A stretch of DNA of 64,000 nucleotides from an uncultured candidate division Zixibacteria bacterium (GTDB lineage Bacteria > Zixibacteria > MSB-5A5 > UBA10806): positions 96,001 through 160,000 of the forward strand of contig CAWFQL010000016.1 of NCBI GenBank assembly GCA_963817915.1, written 5' to 3'. This document shows positions 51,001 through 61,482 of this stretch, piece by piece. Positions within the stretch are counted from its first letter, which is position 1; each line of letters starts with the position of its first letter. A program made the translations under genes and the position numbers. The notes beneath the pieces were generated by a model, which ran no database searches, was not told where the DNA came from, and was given only the letters and a program-made list of their open reading frames with translations.

Positions 51001-51897
51001 ATGAATCCGCCAATACCGTATATGGGAGAAATCTTCGCGCTCATGGCGGCGATTGTCTGGGGTTTTGCTGTTATATTTTTTAAAAAGAGCGGCGAGACTG
51101 TTCATCCGATCGCTTTGAATATTTTCAAAAATATCCTGGCAGTTATTCTGCTTATTCCGACTATCTGGATCTTCGCCCGGGATATTTCGTTTTCGGCCCC
51201 CATCAAGGATTATCTATTATTATTGCTAAGCGGTACATTGGGAATCGGAGTCTCGGATACATTATTTTTTATTTCATTGAATATGCTTGGCGCGGAACTA
51301 ATATCAATTGTTAGCTGTACTTATAGCCCGTTTATAGTGGCAATGTCGGTTTTCTGGCTTAATGATACGCTGACATTTTTGCAGATCATGGGAATTGTTC
51401 TGATTGTCATGGCTGTCCTGGGAACGACATATCAAAAAAAATCCGGCCATCTTGAAAGACGAAAAGCATTCTGGGGATTAATTTGGGGAATCCTGGCGAT
51501 GGCTGTAAATGCTGTCGGCATTGTAATAATAAAACCTTTGCTTGATCGCTCTCCGTTACTCTGGGTGACAGAAACTCGTCTTATTGGAGGAGCTATCTTT
51601 CTCATAATCGTATTGCTCTTTCACCCTCAACGGAAGACAATCGTTTCTTCTATATCGGGTGCGCGATCATGGGCTTACACGATAGCCGGATCATTTACCG
51701 GCGCATATTTATCAATGATATTTTGGCTGGCCGGTATGAAATTTACTCAGACTTCGATCGCGGCGGCGCTGAACCAAACTAACAGTATATTTGTGTTTAT
51801 CCTCGCAGTAGTTTTTCTCAAAGAAAAATTAAATATACGCCGAGCAATCGGCGTAACTCTCGCGGTCGCAGGAGCGCTAATGGCGACATTTGGCTAA
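51001..51897 (+). CDS. EamA/DMT family transporter
   Basis: About ten TM segments in two repeats; FILAVVFLKEKL. Confidence 0.85.
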   Translation: MNPPIPYMGEIFALMAAIVWGFAVIFFKKSGETVHPIALNIFKNILAVILLIPTIWIFARDISFSAPIKDYLLLLLSGTLGIGVSDTLFFISLNMLGAELISIVSCTYSPFIVAMSVFWLNDTLTFLQIMGIVLIVMAVLGTTYQKKSGHLERRKAFWGLIWGILAMAVNAVGIVIIKPLLDRSPLLWVTETRLIGGAIFLIIVLLFHPQRKTIVSSISGARSWAYTIAGSFTGAYLSMIFWLAGMKFTQTSIAAALNQTNSIFVFILAVVFLKEKLNIRRAIGVTLAVAGALMATFG

Positions 51898-51936
51898 TCG
51901 CATTATACAATCTATAGAATTAATTATAGAAACATC

Positions 51937-51964
51937 TTGACATAAAAGTAATACAAAGTAATAT
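51937..51964 (+). promoter_or_regulatory. Promoter with tandem AAAGTAATA repeats in the spacer and -10 region
   Basis: TTGACA(51937), aaagtaata at 51945 and 51955, TAATAT(51959). Confidence 0.55.
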
Positions 51965-51988
51965 TTAGCCGATACTGGTATTGTGGTT

Positions 51989-52279
51989 ATGAAAAAGAAA
52001 AACACCGAAATTATAACTTTCAAGGTCGATGAGGCCACGCTGGGCGCCATGAAAGGAATAACCAACCGTTCAAAATTTATTCGCGCGGCGGTATTTTCGG
52101 CTCTCAACGGCGTCTGCCCATTATGCAGAGGGGCTGGAGTTCTAACTCCCAAGCAGATCGATCATTGGAACACATTCGCCGAGGACCATACGCTTCGTCA
52201 ATGCCCCGATTGCCATGAAACCCATCTGGCCTGCTCCAAGCCGCCGTCCCGCAAAAAAACGAATGGAAAACGGAAATGA
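51989..52279 (+). CDS. Ribbon-helix-helix (CopG-like) regulator with Cys/His-rich C-terminal domain
   Basis: IITFKVD..NRSKFIRAAV, then CPLCRGAG..HW..H..CPDCHETHLAC; overlaps the znuA start. Confidence 0.8.
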   Translation: MKKKNTEIITFKVDEATLGAMKGITNRSKFIRAAVFSALNGVCPLCRGAGVLTPKQIDHWNTFAEDHTLRQCPDCHETHLACSKPPSRKKTNGKRK

Positions 52280-53184
52280 AAACGTACCGTACGAGAGACT
52301 TCACTATATCGATATTATTGGCGGCAATCTTTTCAGTATTCTCAATTTCGAATTCTCTAGCGACTCAACCTAAAGTTAAAGTCGTTGTCAGTATTTTGCC
52401 GCAAGCATACTTTGTCGAGCGAGTCGGCGGAGCCTTGGTCGATGTCTCCGTATTAGTCGGCCCGGGCCAGTCTCCGCATACCTACGAACCAACTCCACAA
52501 CAAATCGCCCGAATCGCCGAAGCCGATATATATTTCACTATCGGGGTACCTATGGAAATCCAACTTGTTGAACGAATCAAGGCCATGCGCGAAATCCCCA
52601 TCGTGGATATTCACGAAGGGGCAAAGATTCGCTATACATCTTCTGATGAAACCGATTCGGATGAAAAGGCCGGCGAGCCCGATCCTCATACCTGGCTTTC
52701 GCCATCCAACGCCATAATTGAAGCTCAAAATATCTGCAATGCTCTAAAGAAAATATATCCGGATTCGGCCGGCTTTTTCGATAGCAATATGAAATCATTT
52801 CAAACCGATCTCGTTAAAATCAGCGAACGCATTGCCAGGATTCTGGCGCCATTTAAGGGAAATCAGTTTTTTGTCTATCATCCAGCATTCGGATATTTTG
52901 GCGACTCCTACGGATTGAAGCAAGTGCCGGTAGAAATCGATGGTAAAGAACCTAGCGCGAAGCAAGTGGCGGAATTGATAACTAAGGCCAAAGCCGCGGG
53001 CGTGAAAGTTATATTCGTCCAGGCGCAGTTTTCATCGAAAGGTGCCGAGGCTATTGCCAATGATATCGGTGGAACCGTAATACCTATCAATGATCTCGCG
53101 AAAGATTATTTGAAAAATTTGGAAGATATCGCCGATAAACTCGAAAAAGGCCTATCACAAGAGAAGCATTCTAATGGAAAATAA
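52276..53184 (+). CDS. znuA: Zn/Mn ABC transporter substrate-binding protein
   Basis: PGQSPHTYEP, DPHTWLSP, YHPAFGYF, EIDGKEPS. Confidence 0.88.
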   Translation: MKTYRTRDFTISILLAAIFSVFSISNSLATQPKVKVVVSILPQAYFVERVGGALVDVSVLVGPGQSPHTYEPTPQQIARIAEADIYFTIGVPMEIQLVERIKAMREIPIVDIHEGAKIRYTSSDETDSDEKAGEPDPHTWLSPSNAIIEAQNICNALKKIYPDSAGFFDSNMKSFQTDLVKISERIARILAPFKGNQFFVYHPAFGYFGDSYGLKQVPVEIDGKEPSAKQVAELITKAKAAGVKVIFVQAQFSSKGAEAIANDIGGTVIPINDLAKDYLKNLEDIADKLEKGLSQEKHSNGK

Positions 53185-53935
53185 CGAAGTAATCAAAATA
53201 GAAAATCTATCATTCGCCTACAATGGCAGTTTGATTTTAGAGAATGTCAATCTCGCCATTGACAGAAATGATTTTGCAAGTATTCTCGGTCCCAATGGCG
53301 GCGGTAAGACTACTCTTCTAAAAATCATGCTTGGCTTGCTTAGACCCAATAAGGGTACGATAAAAATTCTCGGATTATCTCCGGAACAGGCACATTCAAA
53401 AATCGGTTATGTGCCGCAAAGTTTTCAATTCGACAGGCAATTCCCCGTAAGAGTAAATGATGTTGTCCTAATGGGACGGCTTGGAAGACCGGGCGGATTG
53501 GGGCCATTTAAGAAATCAGATAAGTCCGCCGCTATCGACGCTCTACATGAAGTTGGCCTTTCCGAATTAGTGACGCGGCCATTCTCGGAGCTCTCCGGGG
53601 GCCAAAGGCAACGAGTTTTGGTCGCCCGCGCGCTCGTGACCGATCCTGAAATCCTGCTGCTTGATGAGCCTGCCGCTGGAATGGATGTCGCAATTCAGGA
53701 AGAATTCTACGCGCTTTTGAAAATGCTCACACAACGTTTGACGGTAGTTTTGGTAACTCATGATATTGGCTTTGTTTCGACATTTGTGAATAGAGTAGTC
53801 TGTGTTAATCGTGAGGTGGTTGTTCATCCCACCAGCGAGATTACCGGCGAGATGATCTATCAGCTATACGGCAGCGATGTCCGTCTGGTGCGTCACGACC
53901 ATCGCTGTGCCGAGGGAGGGCATGAGAGTGGCTGA
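53174..53935 (+). CDS. znuC: Metal ABC transporter ATP-binding protein
   Basis: GPNGGGKTT, IGYVPQ, LSGGQRQRV, LLDEP, VTHD; His/Cys tail. Confidence 0.88.
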   Translation: MENNEVIKIENLSFAYNGSLILENVNLAIDRNDFASILGPNGGGKTTLLKIMLGLLRPNKGTIKILGLSPEQAHSKIGYVPQSFQFDRQFPVRVNDVVLMGRLGRPGGLGPFKKSDKSAAIDALHEVGLSELVTRPFSELSGGQRQRVLVARALVTDPEILLLDEPAAGMDVAIQEEFYALLKMLTQRLTVVLVTHDIGFVSTFVNRVVCVNREVVVHPTSEITGEMIYQLYGSDVRLVRHDHRCAEGGHESG

Positions 53936-54773
53936 GTTTTTCAGTGCCCTACATAATTATTCATTTATCCAGTATGCGCTGTTAACCGGGCTTCTGGCCA
54001 GTATCGCCTGCGGCGTGGTGGGAAGCTATGTTGTCACCCGCAGAATAACCTATGTCGCTGGCGGCATATCTCATTTTATTCTCGGCGGCATGGGCGCGGC
54101 GCGCTACCTGAATGTTGTCTATGGCTGGGAAAAGCTGACTCCCCTGCATGGCGCGATTGTGTCGGCTCTTTTGGCGGCAATAATTATCGGTATGGTCAGC
54201 ATGCGCGCCAGACAGCGGGAAGATACGGTTATCGGGGCTCTCTGGGCGATCGGTATGGCGGTTGGAATTCTCTTTATATCTAAGACACCCGGATATAATC
54301 AAGACCTCATGAGTTATCTCTTTGGCAATATTCTCATGGTGACATCAAGCGATCTCTGGCTGATTATCGGCCTCGACGCTTTAGTAGTGCTTGTTGGAAT
54401 ATTCTTTTACAACCAGTTATTGGCGGTTTGCTTCGATGAAGAGTTCGCCCGTCTGCGCGGCGTCAATGTAGAATTTTTCTATCTTCTGCTCTTATGCCTG
54501 ACAGCGTTAACAGTGGTATTACTCGTGACTGTCGTGGGAATAGTCATGGTTATAGCGTTGTTGACATTGCCGGCGGCGATTGCCGGTCATTTCTCCAAGA
54601 CGCTCCGTCAGATGATGGTCGTGTCGACTATTCTCAGCGCCTTTTTTACGACATTAGGCCTGGGGCTCAGCTACAGCCCAAATTTACCTGCCGGAGCCAC
54701 AATCATTGTCCTGGCTGGCGCGGCCTATCTGATAGTAGCCGTAGCTTCCAGATTAATTAAGACCCATCGTTGA
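53928..54773 (+). CDS. znuB: Metal ABC transporter permease
   Basis: GGISH, LMSYLFGNIL, FDEEFARLRG, IALLTLPAA. Confidence 0.88.
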   Translation: MAEFFSALHNYSFIQYALLTGLLASIACGVVGSYVVTRRITYVAGGISHFILGGMGAARYLNVVYGWEKLTPLHGAIVSALLAAIIIGMVSMRARQREDTVIGALWAIGMAVGILFISKTPGYNQDLMSYLFGNILMVTSSDLWLIIGLDALVVLVGIFFYNQLLAVCFDEEFARLRGVNVEFFYLLLLCLTALTVVLLVTVVGIVMVIALLTLPAAIAGHFSKTLRQMMVVSTILSAFFTTLGLGLSYSPNLPAGATIIVLAGAAYLIVAVASRLIKTHR

Positions 54774-54869
54774 ATAATTAATTTCAAAATTTGAATATAA
54801 AAAAATCAAAGCCGAAGCGGGGAGCTCCGGCTTGATTTGGGCGGGCCGATATTTTCTTCGGTGTAAATC

Positions 54870-55424
54870 CTAAGAGAATGCTGATTTCAAACTGTCTAAG
54901 ATAATCTTGCCTGTGGAATTTTTCTTTTCATGTCGGCCATATACTGTGGAGTTTTTCTTCTGAGATTTGACCGACGGCAGGTTAGCAATGTATGTCATCT
55001 GGCCTATATGATGAGTTTCATGCATGTAGCTATAAGCTAAATTCTGTCCTATTGTTTTAAACTGACCCCAGCTTGGTCTATCCAAAATTTCTCCCGCATT
55101 TCGAAGCAAGAAGCTATCAGTGATTCCAGACATTTTGGCTAAGCGAGCAATGAGCTGCGAAGGATCGGGATAATGCGACGGGTTATTCTCGGGACGAGTG
55201 CCCCTCGCGAATAAATCTCCCAAATCCCCGGTTCGTGGATCACCTCCTAAGATTTCGATAATCTCCCCGCGGTTTAACACTATATGCCCCAATATCCATA
55301 TCAATGGATTTCCGCGGTTTTCAGGCCGTGTAAAATACGCCTCAGGGGCCAGCCCTTCCACCAACTTCCCGACATAACCAACATTAAATCTTAATAATTC
55401 AGCGAACATTTCTACTGCTTTCAT
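54870..55424 (-). CDS. DinB family protein
   Basis: NPLIWILGH and HETHHIGQ metal-binding His motifs. Confidence 0.85.
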   Translation of the reverse strand: MKAVEMFAELLRFNVGYVGKLVEGLAPEAYFTRPENRGNPLIWILGHIVLNRGEIIEILGGDPRTGDLGDLFARGTRPENNPSHYPDPSQLIARLAKMSGITDSFLLRNAGEILDRPSWGQFKTIGQNLAYSYMHETHHIGQMTYIANLPSVKSQKKNSTVYGRHEKKNSTGKIILDSLKSAFS

Positions 55425-55786
55425 TTTATGCCTCACATTTCGACGATTCAACCAGGATACATGAAATAATCGTGCCAAATCGTTGCAAAATGAAAAACGT
55501 TGCATAACGCCTTATCTACCAACGCGTTGCCGCGGTCGACGATTGGCCGCAAATATCCCATTTTGCAAAAATTAAGTTCAGTTTTCGATCAATGAGAATA
55601 TTATAGAACAGTATCCGGAATCAGGAAAGACAGCAAATTCCATTATCGATAACCAATTTTTAAAAAAACTTGCTACTCACCATCCACGATGGTATTTTGC
55701 TTATAGGGCCGTCGATGGCATTACTTGGATTAAGAGAATGATGATTTGGTTGATGATAAGAGAATCAATAATCGCGGGGTAATATT

Positions 55787-56911
55787 ATGAATATAAGTAT
55801 TGCCAGAGAAGAACACCATCTTGAAAATCGCGCGGCGCTGACACCGGCGGCAGTTAATCTGCTCGCGCGCGCCGGCCATCATGTTTACATTCAGAGCGGC
55901 GCCGGTAAGGGCGCGGGCTTTTCGGATTCCAGATATAGCGATGCCGGCGGCAAAATAGTCTTTTCCAAGGATGAAGCGTTCAAACGATGCGACATTCTTC
56001 TGAAAGTTTTCCCTCCGACACTCGATGAATATAATCTGCTCAATGACGATCAAATCATAATGTCGGCCCTGCATCTTGTCTCGACACACGCGGATGTCAT
56101 AAATGTACTAATCGAAAAAAGAATTACCGCGATCGGATTCGAAGTTATCGAAGATCAATATGGCAGCTTGCCTGTTCTGACACCGATGTCCGAACTAGCG
56201 GGACAGATGGCATTGCCGATTGCCAGCTATTATTTATCGAATATCGGCGGCGGACGGGGTATTCTCCTTGGTGGAGGAGCCGGAATACCACCTGCTATTG
56301 TCGTTGTCTTAGGCGCGGGAACAGTCGGTATTAATGCAGTCAGGATTGCCAAGGGACTTGGCTGTAATGTTATCCTTATGGATAACAGCCTCGAACGGCT
56401 TCGCAGCGCCAACGACCTTTTCTCAAAACAGCTCATCACATATTTGCCATATCAGTATAACCTCGAACGAGTAATTCCGATAGCCGATGTTGTAATCGGG
56501 GCGATCCTGATTCATGGCGAAGAAACGCCGAAGCTGATAACCGAACAACTTGTCGGCAAGATGAAGCCCGGCTCGGTCATATTGGATATTTCGATTGACC
56601 AGGGCGGATGCTTCGAGACTTCGCGGCCGACAAGCTGGGCGGGCCCGACTTATGTGGTGCATGGCGTGACTCATTTCTGTGTCCCGAATATGCCATCGAA
56701 TGTAGGCCGAACCGCTACTTATGCCTTAGCTAATGCTGTATTACCATATATAAAACAAATCGCGGATATTGGTTTGGATAACGCTTTAACTAAAGATAAA
56801 GGACTTGCCAAAGGGGTTTATACTTACAAGGGCGAATTAACTCACGCCTCGGTTGCCAAACGGTTTGGCATGAAATTCAGGCCCCTTTCAGAAATATTGA
56901 CGGGGAGGTAG
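55787..56911 (+). CDS. ald: Alanine dehydrogenase-like protein (divergent substrate site)
   Basis: ENRAALTP, PMSELAG, GRGILLGG, GAGTVG, DISIDQGGC, CVPNMP; KVFPP replaces KVKEP. Confidence 0.8.
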   Translation: MNISIAREEHHLENRAALTPAAVNLLARAGHHVYIQSGAGKGAGFSDSRYSDAGGKIVFSKDEAFKRCDILLKVFPPTLDEYNLLNDDQIIMSALHLVSTHADVINVLIEKRITAIGFEVIEDQYGSLPVLTPMSELAGQMALPIASYYLSNIGGGRGILLGGGAGIPPAIVVVLGAGTVGINAVRIAKGLGCNVILMDNSLERLRSANDLFSKQLITYLPYQYNLERVIPIADVVIGAILIHGEETPKLITEQLVGKMKPGSVILDISIDQGGCFETSRPTSWAGPTYVVHGVTHFCVPNMPSNVGRTATYALANAVLPYIKQIADIGLDNALTKDKGLAKGVYTYKGELTHASVAKRFGMKFRPLSEILTGR

Positions 56912-56916
56912 GGGTA

Positions 56917-58212
56917 GTGAATTGGATAGATTCTTACGAGCGAAAACGGACAACCGCTGAAGTAGCTGTCAAAAAAATAAAATCAGGCGACAGGGTTTAT
57001 ATCCATCCCGGATGCTGTACTCCGCAGTATCTGGTTGAGGCTATGGTCGCCCGCAAAAATGAGCTCGAGAATGTCGAGGTCTGCCATGTCCTGACTCAGG
57101 GCAAGGCGGGATATACCGATCCCGGCTGCGAGGGCCACTTCAGACATCGTTCGTTTTTTACGGGCGCGAATGTCCGTCAGGCAATCAACGAAGGCCGGGC
57201 CGATCAGATGCATATTTTCCTGCATGAGATCGAGGATCTATTTCTCTCCGGTCAGTTGCCGATCGATGTCGCCTTGATTCAGGTTAGTCCGCCTGACGAG
57301 CATGGCTTTTGCTCATTCGGGGTTGGTATTGATATCACAATGGCGGCCGCGCAGGTCGCGAAAACAGTCATCGCTCAGGTCAATACTGAGATGCCGCGAG
57401 TGCATGGCGATTGTTTTATTCATGTCAGTAAATTGACACATGTTGTCGAGCATAGCTCTCCCCTGCTTGAAATGCCCCAGGGGACTCCCGATGAAATCTC
57501 GATGAAAATCGGCCAATCGATCGCTGATATTATCGAGGATGGCTCTACGCTTCAGCTGGGAATCGGCGCGATACCTGACGCTTTCCTGGTGGCCTTGCAG
57601 GATCGGCGCGATATGGGGATTCATAGCGAGATGTTTTCCGATGGCATCATACCATTGGTTGAGAGCGGCGTAATCAATAACTCGAAGAAGACGCTTCATC
57701 CGGGCAAGATCGTGGCGGCATTCACGCTCGGTACACGAAAGATTTTCGATTTCTGTCACGAGAATCCGTTTATAGAATTACACCCTTGCAAATACACCAA
57801 TAATCCGTTCGTGATCGCCCAGAATGACCGCATGGTGGCGGTGAATTCGGCGTTGGGAATTGACCTCACCGGCCAGATATTCGCCGATTCATTGGGATAC
57901 TCATTTTATTCTGGCTTTGGCGGGCAGGTAGATTTTATTCGCGGGGCCGCAAAATCCAAAGGCGGCAAACCGATATTCGCATTCCCGGCCACCGCCAAGA
58001 ACGGCACGATTTCGCGTATTACACCATTCTTACTGCAGGGCACGGGTGTAACAACCACGCGTGCCGATGTTCATTGGGTGGTCACCGAATTCGGCGCAGT
58101 GAATCTACATGGCCGGGCTGTCGGCGAACGAGCCAAATTGCTTATCAGTATCGCCGCGCCTCAATTCCGCGAGGAGCTCGAACGATTTGCCAAAGAACAT
58201 AAGTATTTTTAG
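56917..58212 (+). CDS. 4-hydroxybutyrate CoA-transferase / acetyl-CoA hydrolase family
   Basis: QVSPPDEHG, LQLGIGAIP, HSEMFSDG (catalytic Glu), SGFGGQVDF, VVTEFG. Confidence 0.92.
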   Translation: MNWIDSYERKRTTAEVAVKKIKSGDRVYIHPGCCTPQYLVEAMVARKNELENVEVCHVLTQGKAGYTDPGCEGHFRHRSFFTGANVRQAINEGRADQMHIFLHEIEDLFLSGQLPIDVALIQVSPPDEHGFCSFGVGIDITMAAAQVAKTVIAQVNTEMPRVHGDCFIHVSKLTHVVEHSSPLLEMPQGTPDEISMKIGQSIADIIEDGSTLQLGIGAIPDAFLVALQDRRDMGIHSEMFSDGIIPLVESGVINNSKKTLHPGKIVAAFTLGTRKIFDFCHENPFIELHPCKYTNNPFVIAQNDRMVAVNSALGIDLTGQIFADSLGYSFYSGFGGQVDFIRGAAKSKGGKPIFAFPATAKNGTISRITPFLLQGTGVTTTRADVHWVVTEFGAVNLHGRAVGERAKLLISIAAPQFREELERFAKEHKYF

Positions 58213-58241
58213 ATAATTATTATAATCCGAAAATATAACCG

Positions 58242-58430
58242 GTGCTGCCGGGTCCCCCGACCCCTACAGAAAACACCCGAAGTAGGTCGGGTTTCTCATC
58301 CGGCAGCTGCCGGATGAGAAACCCGACAACATATTTTGTAGGTCATTTCCCCTGGGAAATGACATCTTGCATGTCAGGTCGCAGGCGACCGGACCTACGG
58401 CTATTTGTGTCGTATGAGGGCATCCGACAC
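58242..58430. repeat. Composite REP-like hairpin cluster, copy 1
   Basis: gtgctgccgg..cccccgaccc, GTAG-led hairpins, gtcaggtcgcaggcgacc.gacctac, gtgtcg.atgagggcatccgacac; similar to 59451-59628. Confidence 0.8.
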
Positions 58431-58447
58431 CACTCATTGTTATGAAG

Positions 58448-59131
58448 TTAATCCTTATTGCCTTTAGGCCCATTTCTTCTGAATCGAATTACAAATGCCG
58501 AAAGCCCTGCTCCAAACAAGAGCAACGTGGACGGTTCAGGGACTGGACCCGGAATAGGATCGATAGGGAGACCATTGTCATCGACAGCCTGCACGCCATC
58601 AACTCTAACCACCATGTCTTCATAATCCCAATCACCATATGCCCAATCTTCCCAAGCCAGAATATACGAATTGGGAACATACTGCCCATTTACTTCCGTG
58701 CGATATACATAAAGGTGATCAGCTCCATCGCGATTTAGCGCTCGTTCTGAATACCAATGCTCATCCATCTCTGGTCTTTCCTGCCCGTTGTAGTTTGTCC
58801 ATATATTAAATCCGAAAACTCCGTCAAGGTCAGGTAGGTAAGCTGATGGTTGAAGTCCAGTAAGGATTCCTCCAATTAACCAATTTTCCATGCTTGTGCC
58901 GTCATACCACCCAAAGGCTGTGCCTCTGCTAAGTGAACTATATTGGTTTATGATAGTTGCATTACTCTGATTAATTTGAAAAAACAATTCACCACTCATA
59001 ATATCGTTGTTGGCATTAATTGAATATCCGAGTGCATTCATAACAATCTGCAATGATCCCAAGTTCTGACAGAGAGATATTTCACTTATTGGACCTAAAA
59101 CAATCAAAAACGTTATGAACATTTTCTTCAT
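58448..59131 (-). CDS. PEP-CTERM sorting domain protein with DUF4114-like region
   Basis: Signal peptide, WEDWAYGDWDYEDMVVRV, VPEPSTLLLFGAGLSAFVIRFRR. Confidence 0.88.
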   Translation of the reverse strand: MKKMFITFLIVLGPISEISLCQNLGSLQIVMNALGYSINANNDIMSGELFFQINQSNATIINQYSSLSRGTAFGWYDGTSMENWLIGGILTGLQPSAYLPDLDGVFGFNIWTNYNGQERPEMDEHWYSERALNRDGADHLYVYRTEVNGQYVPNSYILAWEDWAYGDWDYEDMVVRVDGVQAVDDNGLPIDPIPGPVPEPSTLLLFGAGLSAFVIRFRRNGPKGNKD

Positions 59132-59450
59132 AATTCATCCTTTGTGAATTTTAATTATTTCTTATCAAGAATAATATTAATCACTCATTTATATCTTTAT
59201 AAAAGCCTTCGCCATCGAATCCAAGCATTGATTTAAGCTATTTTCCAGGATTTTGCACACTAATTATTGCCTTACCCAATACGTTTAGGATTTAAGTTAT
59301 CCCCAAAAGAATATCCCGACTAGACAAGATTGAAAACAATAGCTTGCAAATTTATATAACTTTTTATATTATAAAAGTCAAGGGCAAAACTAACTTTTTC
59401 AGCGCGCCACGGGCAACACTTTCCTTACTGCATCACCGTAGAATTTGCGC

Positions 59451-59700
59451 GTGCTGCCGGATCCCCCGACCCGACAGAAAACTCCAGACGTAGGGCAGGA
59501 GTCGAAGACTCCTGCCAAACTTGCATAGATTTGTAGGTCATTTCCCGTGGGAAATGACGTCTTGATTCCTCGTCAGGTCGCAGGCGACCTGACCTACTGC
59601 TGCTTGTGTCGGAATGAGGGCATTTGACTGGGCGGCAGGCATCCTTGACTGCCCCAATAGAATCCGAATCGAAGGGGCAGCTGTGGACAGCTGCCACCCA
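59451..59700. repeat. Composite REP-like hairpin cluster, copy 2 (direct orientation) plus extra palindromes
   Basis: Same module order as 58242-58430; extra hairpins such as ggcagctgtggacagctgcc. Confidence 0.8.
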
Positions 59701-59911
59701 ATGTGTAAAGGATGTCATGATACACCGTGTTACCCATGTCCCGGTACACTCGCGCGCCGACCCGAACCGCAAAATATTTATTGACGTCCATGATAAAATG
59801 ATTATCTTGAGATTAATTGTTGGATGTGAAGTGATTTTTCCATGATAGGTCGAATTGTCGTCAGTAAAAAATTACCGGCTACGCTCAAATAACGAATCAA
59901 GGAGCTCGATA

Positions 59912-61213
59912 ATGCGCAACAAATCAAACAAAATCATCTTATCAGCTTTGGCGATATGTATTTTGCTTTTGGTCTTCTCATGCTCAAAGGACGAGCCAAC
60001 CGATCCCAATATGCCGGGGCCACCAAGCTTGACAACCGCTGCCGTCAGTGCAATTACACAATCTACGGCAGAATGCGGCGGCACTATTACTTCCGATGGC
60101 CGTAGAACTGTAACCTCACGGGGAGTCTGCTGGAGTACAAACCCGACACCGACAATAGCTGATAGCCTTACAATTGACGGCGCGGGCGTAGGAAGTTTTG
60201 TTAGTTCCATCGCCGGTTTGTCTGCCAATACTCTTTATTACGTCAGGGCCTATGCTACCAATGAAATTGGCACCAGCTATGGCGACTCTATATCGTTTTC
60301 GACTTTGTCTTCTGCGCCGGTGCCTGTATTAAGTACGGCCGAAGTCACGGGAGTAACGCACGCGGCAGCCCAGTGCGGCGGGAATATTACATCGGATGGC
60401 GGGGCAACCGTAACCGCTCGCGGCGTATGCTGGAGTACAAATCTGACACCTACTGTGGCCGATAGCAAAACTACTGATGGTACCGGAGCAGGCAGTTTTA
60501 CCAGTTCCATAACAGGATTGACAGACAGCACTGCTTATTATGTCAGGGCTTATGCCACTAATAGCAACGGCACTGGTTATGGCAATACTTCATCATTCAC
60601 AACGACTGATTCAATGGGAACAGTAACGGATATAGACGGCAATATTTATCAAACGGTAAAGATAGGTAATCAATGGTGGATGGCAGAGAATCTGAAAGTA
60701 ACTCATTACCGCAATGGCGATGCCATACCCAATGTAACCGACAATACCGCATGGGAAGGTCTTACTACAGGAGCATATTGCAACTATAATAACGATACTG
60801 CCCAATGTTGCTATTTATGGCAGACTGTATAACTGGTATGCCGTAAATGACAGCCGCAATATAGCGCCAGCAGGCTGGCATGTGCCGAGTGATGCTGAGT
60901 GGCAGACATTAGTTGATTATCTTGGCGGCAATGCAGTTGCAGGCGGGAAGATGAAAGAAACGGAACCACACATTGGAGCAGCCCCAATACTGGAGCCACC
61001 AACGAAAGCGGTTTTTCCGCGTTGCCCGGCGGCTACCGTAGCAGCAATGGGACTTATGTACGATATGGGTAACTACGCCTACTTTTGGTCTTCTACGGAG
61101 AACGATAGTAACGACGCATGGTACCGTAGTCTGAGTTACATAATTCAGAAGTCTTCCGGCATAACACTACAACTATGCAAGACGGTTTCTCGGTTCGTTG
61201 TGTTAAGGATTAA
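59912..61213 (+). CDS. Lipoprotein with two FN3-like repeats and a Fibrobacter succinogenes major (FISUMP) domain; several frameshifts
   Basis: VFSC lipobox; twice (CGG.ITSDG...VT.RGVCWST..YYVRAYATN); DIDGNIYQTVKIGNQWWMAENL; shifted pieces YGRLYNWYAV, GWHVPS, GFSALPGG, GFSVRCVKD. Confidence 0.82.
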
Positions 61214-61386
61214 TTTGGTACCGTTCTACCACCTGACTTGAAAAAAGCGGGAGTAAATTTTGTCGGATAAGAGCAACCGACACCGCAAGAAACACTATTT
61301 CGTTTTGCTATGATTGCATTATGCAGCTATTTTAAAGTATTATCAACGGTTTTATTTTAATGTCTAATAATGTATTACAACATTTC

Positions 61387-61415
61387 TTGACAGTTCTGGA
61401 AATGTTTCCTATAAT
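61387..61415 (+). promoter_or_regulatory. Consensus sigma70 promoter
   Basis: TTGACA-17 nt-TATAAT; spacer holds palindrome ggaaa-tg-tttcc. Confidence 0.8.
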
Positions 61416-61482
61416 CATGGAGTATCGGCATGCATTTGAGTGAAGCAATCATTAATTTAATTAATTTGAGGAGGTGATAAAA

